A DNA stretch of 64,000 nt, taken from the NCBI GenBank assembly GCA_032718475.1, contig JAUCBJ010001713.1, forward strand, positions 1 to 64,000, in the 5' to 3' direction. Shown here piece by piece: positions 52,733 to 64,000 of this stretch. Numbering within the stretch: the stretch's first letter is position 1; each line of letters starts with the position of its first letter. The DNA is from Nemertoderma westbladi. Lineage: Eukaryota; Animalia; Xenacoelomorpha. Below the pieces are notes generated by a model. That model searched no databases. It worked only from the letters and a program-made list of their open reading frames with translations, and had not been told where the DNA came from. The position numbers and the translations under genes are program-made.

Positions 52733-54074
52733 TAGTGTTGAGAACTGTAACTGTAATTATACTGTAACTGCAACTGTAACTGAATGGTTTTGATGATTTT
52801 TTTGATACTGTAACTATAACTGTAACTGTAATTGCGAATTTTGAATACTGTAACTGTAACTGAAACTGTAATTACGAATTTTGAATACTGTAACTGTAAC
52901 TGAAACTGAAATTAACAAAATCCGATTCAGTTCTCAATCACACAATTAACATGAATGAGCATTTAAAACAGTATTGTAATAAAGTATAGAGTATAGTTTA
53001 ATAAATGAATAACAGTGGTTACCATAGGTATCATTTTTAAAACATTGTTATAAAAAAACAATCTAATTTTTTCCACTTCTGAACAAAACCATAATATTAC
53101 ACAATATAAAATCAAAGACCCATTGCCCACTTAGCTCAAATGTGATTTATTTGGCGAGTCAAGTAGTGAACGAAGATCTACAGTAGCATATAGTCTATGT
53201 TTATCTGTCTCAACTATTAGACTATTATCAGCCTTATCACCACTTTTGCTTCATATTAAATGTAAATGTTTTAGATAAACAAAGAAAAGTTAGGCCTAGT
53301 AGAGGGATATTAACGGATATATATTTTAAATTATTAATTATTAATGTTACCGGTACTATTAATATCACAATCACACTAGAGGCACAATGGAAATTAAATT
53401 TTGATCAAGTTTACCATTATAAATTACAAAATTAAACTTAAAAGTGAAAGGAGCAGCTTATCGAGGTGGGTCTAACCAAAACAATAAATATATGATTACT
53501 AAAACAAATTACGAATTAAGGAAAATGAGCAGGATTCAGAAGCATGGCTTTATAACCAAAACAATAAATGATAACAGTACTGTACAAGCACTGAAACAAC
53601 ATGTACAGTAAAATGTGGGTGCCTTAGTGTGATCTTGTGACGTGCCACTTTCATTACATACTATCAGTATATTAGTTACAAAATATTACCATAGAGTGGG
53701 TCCAACTTTCCTACAACAACTACCTATTAGCTCTAGAAAGAGGACGTTTCGTAATGAACATTATTATTAGCGTATATAATAGTAATATATTAAAGTGCCT
53801 CATTTTTAGTTTCAGATGACTGCTTACTACATGAGATCATATATATTGAATCTATAACTGAAACTGTAACTGAAACTGAAATGCTCAATTTTGCAATACT
53901 GAAACTGTAACTGTAACAGAAATGTTGCACTTTGTAATACTGAAACTGTAACTGTAACTGAAATGCAAAACTTTGAATACTGAAACTGTAACTGTAACTG
54001 AAATGCAAAACTTTGAATACTGAAACTGTAACTGTAACTGAAATTAGTCAAAATTGATTCAGTTCTCAACACTA
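52733..54074. mobile_element. Non-autonomous hAT element just 3' of the adipolin-like stop codon
   Basis: TIR TAGTGTTGAGAACTG / CAGTTCTCAACACTA, perfect 8-bp TSD GTAGATAG, subterminal ACTGTA/ACTGAA repeats. Confidence 0.9.
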
Positions 54075-54115
54075 GTAGATAGATAAAACGCCCTGTAGAT
54101 AATAAAGTCATCCAG

Positions 54116-55219
54116 TTAGATGCCCAACATTATCAGCATTAAACTGGATCCGGACAACACCTTGATTCGTGTTTTAGTTTTATTGTCGATATACATGCTG
54201 AGGACATCGCCTTTCAGTAGTTGGAGAACCCCATTTAAATTAATCGTAAACACGGCGCTGTTGGTCGAAACTCCAGCTATATTTTGCAGCGATGCCGTGT
54301 TTTCCCCTTCGCAACTCGAATTAACACACATTACCACGCGGACGTGATCCCTCGCTTTGTAATGCGACGCGTTTCTCTTGCGCACGTGAATCAACGCCGT
54401 TATCTGGTAGAAGGCGGTGCGCGGCGATGTAAATCTACCCGATTCCAAGTCCATAGAGGTACCCCGAAGGAAGGTGCCTCCGCCCAGACTCATCTGGTAG
54501 TTACGCACTTCCATAACGGACTTGCGATCAACGATCCTCGAGTTGTGCAACTGAACGTGAAATCCAGTGGATATTCTATGCGGCATAGAATCTTCCCAAA
54601 CAAATAGTTGTGGACTGGAGTGCATCACCTCCAAGTCGCAGGTGGGACAATGCTCATTAAGTAAATGAGTGGCTCTTCGTTCTGCGGCGTCAGCCACTAT
54701 CTCTTTAAACTGTTTCAACATATCATCAACGGTAACGGCACCACCTTTGGGTCCCGGGGGCCCAGCGGGGCCTTGTGGTCCAACCGGACCCGGAACGTGC
54801 AGAGTATTCCGACCCCCACCACGTCCTCCCCCTTTAGACTTCTTCCTGCCTTGTTTACCGCCATTCCTACGACGGCTATTTCCATTCCTCGTCGTCGCAT
54901 CATGCCGAACGAAGGTAAACCAACTGCTCTCTGGGTCTAAATTCTCATCGGTCCCCTGGAAATCGGCGGCAACATTTGTTTCGTGGTCATTTCTCAAAAT
55001 AGCATTATTGACCTTATCCGCCACACTCAGAATGTGTTCTTCATGGCTGCTATCCGAAATCTCTACGCTCCTTGGGCTATCCACATCAGGGGTTGGACCA
55101 CTCACACACGTAAACACCAACAATAATAAGAATACTGCTCTTTTTTGGATTAAACCAGAGATGGGAAAGACAAACCCTCCACCAATAATAGAAATATGTA
55201 AAACTATGAAAGCACTCAT
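54116..55219 (-). CDS. C1QTNF12: Adipolin/erythroferrone-like C1q/TNF-related protein (FAM132 family), single ORF nested in the channel intron
   Basis: Hydrophobic N-terminus, basic RKKSK site, short collagen GPVGPQGPAGPPGPKG, MLKQFKEIV..AAERR, and C1q/TNF domain motifs FLRG..SGRFTSP..YQ..HV..RDHVRVVMC...C..VFTI..GVLQL..YIDN; orthology to C1QTNF12 versus ERFE not resolved. Confidence 0.88.
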   Translation of the reverse strand: MSAFIVLHISIIGGGFVFPISGLIQKRAVFLLLLVFTCVSGPTPDVDSPRSVEISDSSHEEHILSVADKVNNAILRNDHETNVAADFQGTDENLDPESSWFTFVRHDATTRNGNSRRRNGGKQGRKKSKGGGRGGGRNTLHVPGPVGPQGPAGPPGPKGGAVTVDDMLKQFKEIVADAAERRATHLLNEHCPTCDLEVMHSSPQLFVWEDSMPHRISTGFHVQLHNSRIVDRKSVMEVRNYQMSLGGGTFLRGTSMDLESGRFTSPRTAFYQITALIHVRKRNASHYKARDHVRVVMCVNSSCEGENTASLQNIAGVSTNSAVFTINLNGVLQLLKGDVLSMYIDNKTKTRIKVLSGSSLMLIMLGI

Positions 55220-56570
55220 TTTTGCAACATATTAAATGATTTCGCTTAAATTAATCTAAATTACCGGTACCGGTCGGTAGTATAAAATTTGAAATATCCG
55301 GTGTAACAGAGAATTTTCACTCCCGATGCAATACACAAAAGCGCCCCCCAGCAACCGGTTAAAATTACCTAGCAGCCTAGTGCATTCTCTCTCCAGGGGT
55401 GTTTTTTCCCTAAGTGTATTTTTAACCTCCTCCGACAGGGCTGGCAAAGTACACCAAGCAGGTTTTTGTAAACCTAGGTTTTTGTTGATTTTTTTCAAAA
55501 ACCTAAAATTTGAAAAAGCCTAAAACTAGGTTTTTGACCACAAAAAAGAGCCAAATTGCTTGTTTTTTGAAAATTTCTGATGACAAAAATATTTTGGTTC
55601 CATGCATGAAACCCACAGACTAAAGAATTTTCAGTCTTTAACTAAGCCGACAATAAAACCTCACTGCTGGCAGCTGGACTGACTAATATTACACTATCCC
55701 TTTTTATAACAAAAATCAAGTTGATTATTTTAATATATTGTAGGCTTACAGGTATCTACTGATCTACCAGTCTGCCACTACCAGTGCTGTATAAAATATA
55801 ATCTTGAACAAATGCGGCACCATATAGGCCTAATTTATCTAACCATAACGAATGAACTGATGAACCAATCAAGCTCAGGCAGTAAGTGAGTAAGGTGAAT
55901 CTAATCAATCAATATTACAAATCAAGGCTCTTTCCGGTTTCAGGGGCACTGAATTTTTAACAACTGCAGTATTACTGTCAACTGTTATTTATTGTACCGG
56001 TTCAGCAGTATTGGTGTACACAGTACAGGTGTATAAACACAACCTGGCGCTGGCACCTGGCAACAGCTTCCATCAGTACATTAGATGTAGTCTCAGTCTC
56101 TCAGACCGCAGACCACACACTGACAGACTCAGTTGGCTGCAGTACCTGTAGCTGTAATAACTACTGCGGGAATTGTTACTTTGGGGACCGTCTGACCGTC
56201 CCTTAAAACACTTATCTGCTTGCTTATATATATATTTATATATAGGCTATACGGTACCGCTTGTATTTTATGAAACGCTTTTTACAATTTTTTTCATTAC
56301 AGCATTACCGGTAACCTTTTTTCTACCGACTGTCTGACCATATGGTTTCCCTCAATTAGTAAAGTGATTGTTTATTGTTTTGTTTAGAAAAGCCCGCATC
56401 TGTAACCTGCTCCTTTCCCTCAATTGGTACAGTCATCTCGCCGCAGATAATGTGCGGCGAGGTGTCTCACTATAAATGCCATTTCGCCGCAAATTATCGG
56501 ACACCTCGCCGCAAGTCAATATTAATCATTTATTTCTATATTTACAGGGAAGCCTACTAAGCCTAGTTAT

Positions 56571-57461
56571 GGCATTGGACATTATTATAAGAAGAAATAA
56601 AATAATACGGTAAGGTTTGTTGTTCTATTATAATTACTGTATTACATTATATTACATGTTATTATAGATACAGTAAGAGTATTTGAGTACCGGTAACGTA
56701 TTAGATTATAGTAAAATACGGTCATAAAGATTCATAGAGGACTATGAATGACATATAATGAGTATTCTGACATAGAGGTCAGATCAGAATACGGTCATTG
56801 AAGTTGTTTCCATGTCATTGATTACGGTACTTTGCAGCGTTTCACCAGAACGCTGTTAAGTTGACATAATGTCAAATGTAACAATAACTATTTACGTACA
56901 TGTACAATTGACTAAGTACGGAAACGGAAGTAAGGCAACATTATGTAATAAGGTTTATACAGTAATACTGTATGTCTATGTTAAATCTTAATTACAAATG
57001 TAATGTTCTAGTGGATTGATATACTTATATTTGTTGTCAGTCACTTTTTTTGTTAAGAGCAAAATTATCGTCGAATTACATTTCAAATTAATTTCCATGA
57101 CATTAATAATAATAATCAATAATATTGCATTAAATATTATAATTTTTTTTTAATTTCTTACATTACCTATTTTATTTATTGGTGTGGAATTAATATCGCA
57201 CTACCAAATCAACAGGACAAATTTAAGAAATTCCAACAAATAATTATTTATTACATGGGAAAAAAGTAGAACTTTTTTTCACTATTCTCGAGGCATTTTT
57301 AATACGTTACTCAAATACCGGTCAGCCGGTACCGTACTCTTGTAAACTTTATCTATAATAATACAGTAATACAGTAATTATAATAGAACAACAACTGAAC
57401 AAACCTTACCGTCTGACCGTATTATTTTATTTCTTCTTATAATACATAATGTCCAATGCCA
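56571..57461. repeat. Inverted-repeat pair (decayed MITE)
   Basis: GGCATTGGACATT..AAGAAGAAATAAAATAATACGG at 56571 is mirrored at 57340-57461. Confidence 0.65.
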
Positions 57462-57489
57462 TACTGCCAAAACTGGGTCCGACGAATTT

Positions 57490-58087
57490 GTACAAAAAAG
57501 TACAAAAAAATACAAAATAGTACAATACAGTACTGCAGTACAAAAGAGTACAATAAAGTGCAAAAATAGTACAAAAGAGTGCAAAAATAGTACAAACGAG
57601 TGAGAATCGCTCGCAAAACGTGTATCCAAGTGTAGTTAAAATCGTTTAGAGAAGCGCACATGATGTGCAAAATAAAACAAAGATTGTGGGGCGAGCCATG
57701 CATTGAGCGGGGGCTGATCTAGCTGTCTAGCAGTCAGAGAGTAGGCCCCTATTACAATACATCTTATGAGTTTTAATGCAGCCTTTTGTGTTAAAAAAAC
57801 ACAAAAAACGGTCCCAAGCCCGCAAAATTGCAGAGGGAGAACTCAATAAAGTTGCAGATAGTGGCATACATACAGACAGACAGACATACATAGCCTACAT
57901 AATGTACAGTCGCATACAGTCTAGAGTCGCATACGTATAGAGTATACGTAGTGTAGGCCTAGTTGGTAGTGTAGACTAAGGACTACACTGGTATACACGT
58001 TTTGTATGCGTTTCTCACTCGTGACTCGTTTGTACTCTTTTGTACTATTTTTGCACTCTTTTGTACTATTTTTGCACTTTATTGTAC
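57490..58087. repeat. Inverted arrays of GTACAAAA/GTGCAAAA enclosing a HINE-like end and a twister ribozyme
   Basis: 57538-57630 is the reverse complement of 57990-58087; GTGGGGCGAGCC terminus at 57686. Confidence 0.7.
57768..57844 (+). ncRNA. Twister ribozyme, type P1
   Basis: P1 GAGUUU/GAACUC; L1 UAA and GA; P2 UGCA/UGCA; T2 GC/GC; P3 UUUUGUGUU/AACACAAAA; conserved A; P4 CGG/CCG; L4 UCCCAAGC; T1 UCCC/GGGA. Confidence 0.9.
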
Positions 58088-58885
58088 GGGTAATTCCATC
58101 CAAATTCGACCAATCGCGGTGGCATGGGGTCATCAATTTCGTTTATTTTTGGATATATGGTCGGAAATGGTACAAAATGACACCTGATGAAATATTTCTG
58201 ATGATGGTGTATTGGTTTTCGAGATATTGCTGTTCAAAGTTTGCGATTTATTCGAACATATCCCCAATGAAACCTATAGAAAATCTTTCTGACTAGTGGG
58301 TGGAGTGTCATTTTATGTTTATTGTACACATAAATAGGTCTCATACACATTAAAACCATGAATAAATACCACCCACTTGTCAGACCAACTTTTCTATGTG
58401 GCCAAAGATTGGACTTTTCGACAAATTTTGTCTTTTTGAGGCTTGAATTAGAGTGGTCTGATTAGTGGGTAGCCCAAAACATTTAGTAAATAGTTAGATA
58501 TACCAAAGGGGGGTTCTGTGGTACAATTTTCATGTACCACCAGCAAGTCAGACTTCCATACCAACATCTGGAAAATTGAAACTTTCCAAAATTGCCATAC
58601 TTCGGAACATCACTGCAAGCGTCTGATAAAAGATGGGTGCTTGAAATGAATCATGAGTAGTAACATGGATAAGGGAAACATGCATGACAAGTTTCAGATC
58701 CCACCCATGCCTTCTTCAGTATATATTATTCAATTTAAAAGTTCAATTTTCAAAATTAATCGTCAGATTAAATACTTTAGAACCAAGGTCTGCTTATGAG
58801 GTTGCTCTCATAACCAGCACACATTAAGTATTTAAATGTTTTAGACACAATAAAGGCTGTTTTTTTCACCACCCACTTGTCAGAT
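58088..58885. mobile_element. DNA transposon end with CCACCCACTTGTCAGA subterminal repeats
   Basis: Starts GGGTAATTCC; the motif recurs in both orientations at ~58290, 58370, 58457 and 58870. Confidence 0.45.
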
Positions 58886-60165
58886 ATTTTATGTGTAACA
58901 AACAAAGGTAAATAATTTTAACATATTATTGACTAATTTCAATACCCAATGAGTTATATACCTCCTTCTGATACTATTAATTATTATATCATAATAGAAA
59001 GAAAAGCTGTTTGAAATTCATCTATATAATTCCCCAATCCCAGCCAAGCAGCCAAGGGCAGCAGGGAATGGAACGTAATACAGTATTGTTCATTATGATG
59101 AGGCAAGTCAGTGATAATTAATATAGTTATTATGGTAGAAAAGATAATAGATCAATTATTGAGTATAGCAGTATTGTAGATTATGCAATTCCTTTATGAA
59201 CAGTGATTGCAGACAGCTGCGTAAATCGACAATATTTATTGCACACATCGCACACCACCCAAATCTTATGATTTTTTTTGTATCACTGGCCCAAAGTTTT
59301 TTACACTTGTAGCAGATATTCTCCTCCTCATCTGTCTGATCAGTAGGAACATCAACACAAGGGACAACAGCAACCTTGCCTTGAACTGCCTTTACTTTCT
59401 TTGTTGTAGAAGATGATAAAGTACGGCATTCCAGCTTCCCATCAGCAGTAATATCATATCTAGCCATGGTATGACCGCGTCCCTGCCTCTGGTATCAAGA
59501 AGTGGTGTCACGTGTGGCAGGGACGCGGTAATACCATGGATATGATATTACTGCTGATGGGACTGTGGGAAGCTGGAATGCCGTACTTTATCATCTTCTA
59601 CAACAAAGAAAGTAAAGGCAGTTCAAGGCAAGGTTGTTGTTGTCCCTTGTGTTGATGTTCCTACTGATCAGACAGATGAGGAGGAGAATATCTGCTACAA
59701 GCTGACAAGTGTAAAAAACTTTGGGCCAGTGAACAAAAAAAATCAGAAGATTTGGGTGGTGTGCGATGTGTGCAATAAATATTGTCATGCACCAGCTAGC
59801 TGCCTGCCAGTTAATTTCGATTACGATGCAGAATTTGTCTGCAATCACTGTTCATAAAGGAATTGCATGATCTACAATACTGCTATACTCAATAATTGAT
59901 CTATTATCTTTTCTACCATAATAACTATATTAATTATCACTGACTTGCCTCATCATAATGAACATACTGTATTACGTTCCATTCCCTGCTGCCCTTGGCC
60001 GGGATTGGGGAATTATATAGATGAATTTCAAACAGCTTTTCTTTCTATTATGATATAATAATTAATAGTATCAGAAGGTATATAACTCAATTGGGTATTG
60101 AAATTAGTCAACAATATGTTAAAATTATTTACCTTTGTTTGTTACACATAAAATATCTGACAAGT
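58875..60165. repeat. 1.3-kb foldback palindrome containing a PHD-finger coding remnant
   Basis: Arms 58875-59487 and 59516-60165 with a 28-nt spacer; right arm encodes ICYK..WVVCDVCNKYCHAPASCLP....FVCNHC. Confidence 0.85.
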
Positions 60166-60539
60166 ACCGTACAAGTACAGTACTGTACATACTGTCATTT
60201 TACTATATTGAACTGTTCTACAGTATGTGCTATGTAAAACTAGATCTCGAAAACTAAAATAATGTAGAATCTCAATAAATATTATCAGAATGTGGATGTG
60301 AAGTGAAGGCTGCACACTGAAGTTTGAGCTTTCAGTTTGATCAGTAGGCCCTACCTATTACTTAATTAATTAAATACAGTAGTAACTACACATACTATAT
60401 ACACTATTATATATTATTTACCAGTTCCTTATTTTAGTGTTTAATATGTAAATTGTTTAATATTGTTAATCTGTTAATCTGGAAAAAAATATCAATCAAT
60501 CAATTAATCAACCTTGACTGCAACCAAGGTACTGTACTC

Positions 60540-61370
60540 CAATACTGAAACAATTTTGTTGAAATGGTTAAAAGGTTTTCGTGTAGCATGTGGGATACTG
60601 AAACAATCGGTTTGAAACGTTTAAGGTCTTTCGCGCAATACATTAGATACTCATTAACTCAAAACCACCTGTCTGACTTTTGAAACATTTAGTCTAAGGT
60701 CTTCGCGCAGCTCGTTAGATAATGTAAAAATCTGTTGAAACTGTTCAGGTGCCTTCTTGCAGGATGTGGCGTGGGATAGACTGGGATACTGAAACAATCT
60801 GTTGAAACGTTTAAGGTCTTCGCGCAGCACAATAGATAATGTAACAATCGGCTTTAAATGAATTGTTTTATTGCAATTCGTCAGTTTTACCGAGACTTTG
60901 TGCATTTTGTTATGAGGTACCAGAGGCGTTTAGTAAAACAAATAAGAAAAATTTTCAGTATATACTTTTCCAGTTCCAAATTCTTTGCTATATTATAACT
61001 TTGGGTTACTCATATGTATACTTTATAAATTTACAATATTTATGTAATGATATCGTGCTATCGTATTATGTGGACAAATAATAGATTTACGTTACGATTA
61101 TTATTGGTATTATTATTATCCATATCGTGTTATGGTATTACAGTATGTTATTGTTATTGTGCTCCGGAGTTTTTGTGTTGTTTATTATTATTCGTCAATA
61201 AATTATTATATATCTATCTAACAATCTGTTGAAACTGCTCAGGTGCTTTCGTGCGGCATGTGGGATAGATTGGTATACTGAAACAATATGTTGAAACGTT
61301 TAAGAGACCTTTGCGCAGTACGTGATATACTGAAACGATTTGTTGAAATGTTTAAAAGGTTTTCGCGCCC
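60540..61370. repeat. Diverged ~60-bp tandem repeat (TACTGAAACAATCTGTTGAAACGTTTAAGGTCTTCGCGCAG)
   Basis: Multiple degenerate units at 60540-60860 and 61220-61370. Confidence 0.7.
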
Positions 61371-61785
61371 TAATTCCGCATTCTGTGATTTCTTTAGTAA
61401 CAAAGCCATAATTATATTTGTTTTAAACTGTATCTGTGTGTTGTATAGTTTATGTCATTAAATTCCAAACTCTACAGTAGGGAGAATCACACTGCCGGAT
61501 CGGTCCGTTTAAACTCCCAAATCACAACTAAATCACACAAATTAACACACATAAAATCACACAAAATCACACATAAATTATAATTATTGGTCTTGGCTGC
61601 TACCTTTTACAGTAGGCCTACTGTATCTGATCTGCACTCGGATTGGTGAGATCGCCTGGAGGTCACCAGTTCAACGTCAATGCAAAACGAAAAAAAAATT
61701 ATAATGGCAGTAGAAATTGGAGAGTAATACTCTTGTACTGGACTAATAGGCTACATTCATTATGTATAATCACTGTACTGCCAAC

Positions 61786-62096
61786 CTGTATACGGTGTGA
61801 TGGCAAGGGAATTTGCATTGACTCTGACACACGTTGTTTTGTGTCGATCCATCTCGGTCATTCATGCGTGCGAGTACGCACACGGAGGTCTCAAAGGCGG
61901 TGCAGCGCCGACCAGCTTCGGGTCCAAGGCCGTACACAGAAGGAACGCAACCGCAGGCGTCTAGCGTTGTATTAGCGATGCATTCCAGAACGCAAGCCTG
62001 CCATGAGTACGGCGTATTGTATGTGAACCGCAGAGGGTTGTTGTAATCATTTATACATGGGGTATGTTCAGTATTCACTGATTTGTGTTCTTGGAG
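61786..62096 (-). CDS. DEG/ENaC channel exon (Cys-rich thumb)
   Basis: ttgcag acceptor phase 0, GT donor phase 2; PYSWQACVLECIANTTLDACGCVP...C....CV....CQSQCKFPCHHTVY. Confidence 0.92.
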
Positions 62097-62199
62097 CTGC
62101 AATAAAATTATTATAAAGAAATATTAAAATTACGTAATCCATTATTACGTCATGACCCCGTAATATTGTGTCATTTTCTGATGACACGGACACCTGTAC

Positions 62200-62456
62200 A
62201 AGGCTGAGATAACTCCCTCTTGAAATGACTCCCCATTCATCTCAGCCTAGGCTGAGAATACTCCTCAGTCGTCTCAGCCTAGGCTGAGAACACTCCCCAG
62301 TTATCTCACCCTAGGCTGAGAATACTCCTCAGTCGTCTCAGCCTAGGCTGAGAACACTCGCCAGTTATCTCAGCCTAGGCTGAGAACACTCCCCTTAGGC
62401 TGAGATGACTCCCCTTAGGCTGAGATGACTCCCCTTAGGCTGAGATGACTCCCCTA
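62200..62456. repeat. Short intronic repeat built on CTCAGCCTAGGCTGAG palindromes and 20-bp tandem units
   Basis: Repeated AGGCTGAGATGACTCCCC. Confidence 0.8.
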
Positions 62457-62779
62457 ATTGAGTTATAATTCATATCCGTACCTGTGTTATTTTCGTATAT
62501 TGCAAAAAAAATACTATAACTTATGTTATTGAGATTAATCCTTTAAACTTTTTATAAGCGTTTTAAAAAAATATATTTTGAGAAATAACACATTCACTAT
62601 CGTGGCCATTCTCCACATTACAGTAGTCCTAATATTTCATAATTTCACATCATTCGAAAGCTTTTGTTGCAAGGATTCCAATTGCACCAATTTCAGGTGC
62701 GTTTATTGCGTACATGCGTTTATTTCACCCAATACAATAAAATTATAACTGAACAATAATACAGTATATGGCGAATTAC

Positions 62780-62966
62780 CTCTAAACTTATGAATGAAGC
62801 TTTTTTATTTGTAACTAGAGTTGAGTCTTGTAGGCCGAAGACGCCCCTTGGGAATTGGTTTCCTTGGTGAATGACAACCAACAACGATGGGCCGAACAGA
62901 TGACCAATAAACGTAGCCGTAATAGGGGTCGGCGAGAACTCATCTGTTTCCAAGTCTAATATTATA
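62780..62966 (-). CDS. DEG/ENaC channel exon (palm/beta-ball)
   Basis: ctacag acceptor phase 2, GTAATT donor phase 0; IILDLETDEF...LLVVIHQGNQFP. Confidence 0.9.
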
Positions 62967-63231
62967 CTGTAGATAAATTGGAGTGGCAATTTGTAAAGTA
63001 AATCATAGGCCTACTGTACTTGTATCGGTAGGGACAATAGAGTATGGATACATAGCCCATATTATTATCTTTGCAATCTATAATGTTTAAAAATGGTAAA
63101 AAAGTATTTGGAGATTAAACCATGAAAATATACTACTTTATTAATCTCTAACGGTTTGAAGTGTCTGAACAATAGTAATAATCCATGGAATCATATTTTA
63201 TCAACTTGAAAGGGTCTACTGTATCACTTAC

Positions 63232-63388
63232 CTGAGACCTGTAAATGGACCAGCTGTAGTCACTAGTTTGCCAGGTAGTGTGTAACAATTACCCGTAAAA
63301 GTTACGTGTTTGGTAAAGTTACTGGGGTAGCACTTTTTGTTTTCGAAAGAACAATCAACTAGGTTATTTTCAGTTAATTGATGACCAC
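63232..63388 (-). CDS. DEG/ENaC channel exon
   Basis: tttcag acceptor phase 1, GTAAGT donor phase 2; GHQLTENNLVDCSFENKKCYPSNFTKHVTFTGNCYTL...GPFTGL. Confidence 0.92.
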
Positions 63389-63689
63389 CTGAAAGGCAAA
63401 GATAATAAACATTTTGATACTAGGTTTTCATACATACGTACATACTGTACAGTACGGTAGGTCAAATTTGACAGTGTAGATTATACTGTAATTGATCGTA
63501 ATCTGTTTATAACTCGTATTGTTGATATCTTTTTTTAGATGTTTATTGCGAATTCTGTTTCACATGGTAGGCCTACTATATATATGTAGTTTAAGATGTT
63601 CATTTATTTTCGGCCACACCTATTGACTCAATTACTACAGTATATAACAACTGCAGATACGTAGACATTGTAGGGTTGGTACAACTTAC

Positions 63690-63897
63690 CTTCCTTTATG
63701 ATGTCCATTAAAGGGTCGTTGTTGTGTCGAAACTCTTCTGGAAGAAAAGCTTCAATATCTTCTTTTGTAGCTGAACTCTGCATAATCTTACGAATATTTT
63801 CATTAGCTTCTTTGCCAAACGATTCTAGGAACGATTTTCTGAGGATATTGTTTACGCATATCGAAACACTCGGGAACAATAAACCCGTTTCGTTTAC
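63690..63897 (-). CDS. DEG/ENaC channel exon (post-TM1); upstream exons lie outside the window
   Basis: ttatag acceptor phase 0, GTAAGT donor phase 1; LLFPSVSICVNNILRKS matches the FPxVTICN motif. Confidence 0.9.
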
Positions 63898-64000
63898 CTA
63901 TAAAATAAATTAGATTTGTTTATAGAATCCTCTACATCGTTTTAGGTTCTCAAAGTTCTCAAAGCTGTTTGTACCGGGTTCTCATACGGCCTATCATTAT

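Noticed and set aside
54669-55235. 188-aa plus-strand ORF and other overlapping ORFs
   Set aside because: Antisense shadows of the adipolin-like CDS

Overview
AT-rich, repeat-dense animal genomic DNA, probably a marine invertebrate (inference). The backbone is the 3' portion of a minus-strand DEG/ENaC (ASIC-like) channel gene. Six phase-compatible GT-AG exons lie between 63897 and 35090, and the 5' exon(s) are outside the window. Its ~23 kb intron (38656-61785) holds two same-strand single-ORF genes: a SEL1-like repeat/MYND-finger protein and an adipolin/erythroferrone-like (C1QTNF12/FAM132) protein. The same intron also holds an RTE LINE, hAT/Mutator-like/Helitron elements, a 46-bp minisatellite, a 1.3-kb palindrome, a textbook type-P1 twister ribozyme (57768-57844) and a hammerhead-like core (52313-52368). 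The rest of the window is mobile DNA: a Penelope-like element with an inverted pseudo-LTR and decayed hammerhead, head-to-tail Helitrons, an L2/Crack LINE, a 28/20-bp satellite with a 3.57-kb tandem duplication, and an unclassified non-autonomous family that repeatedly inserts at TAC^A. All calls were made by eye and no database search was run.
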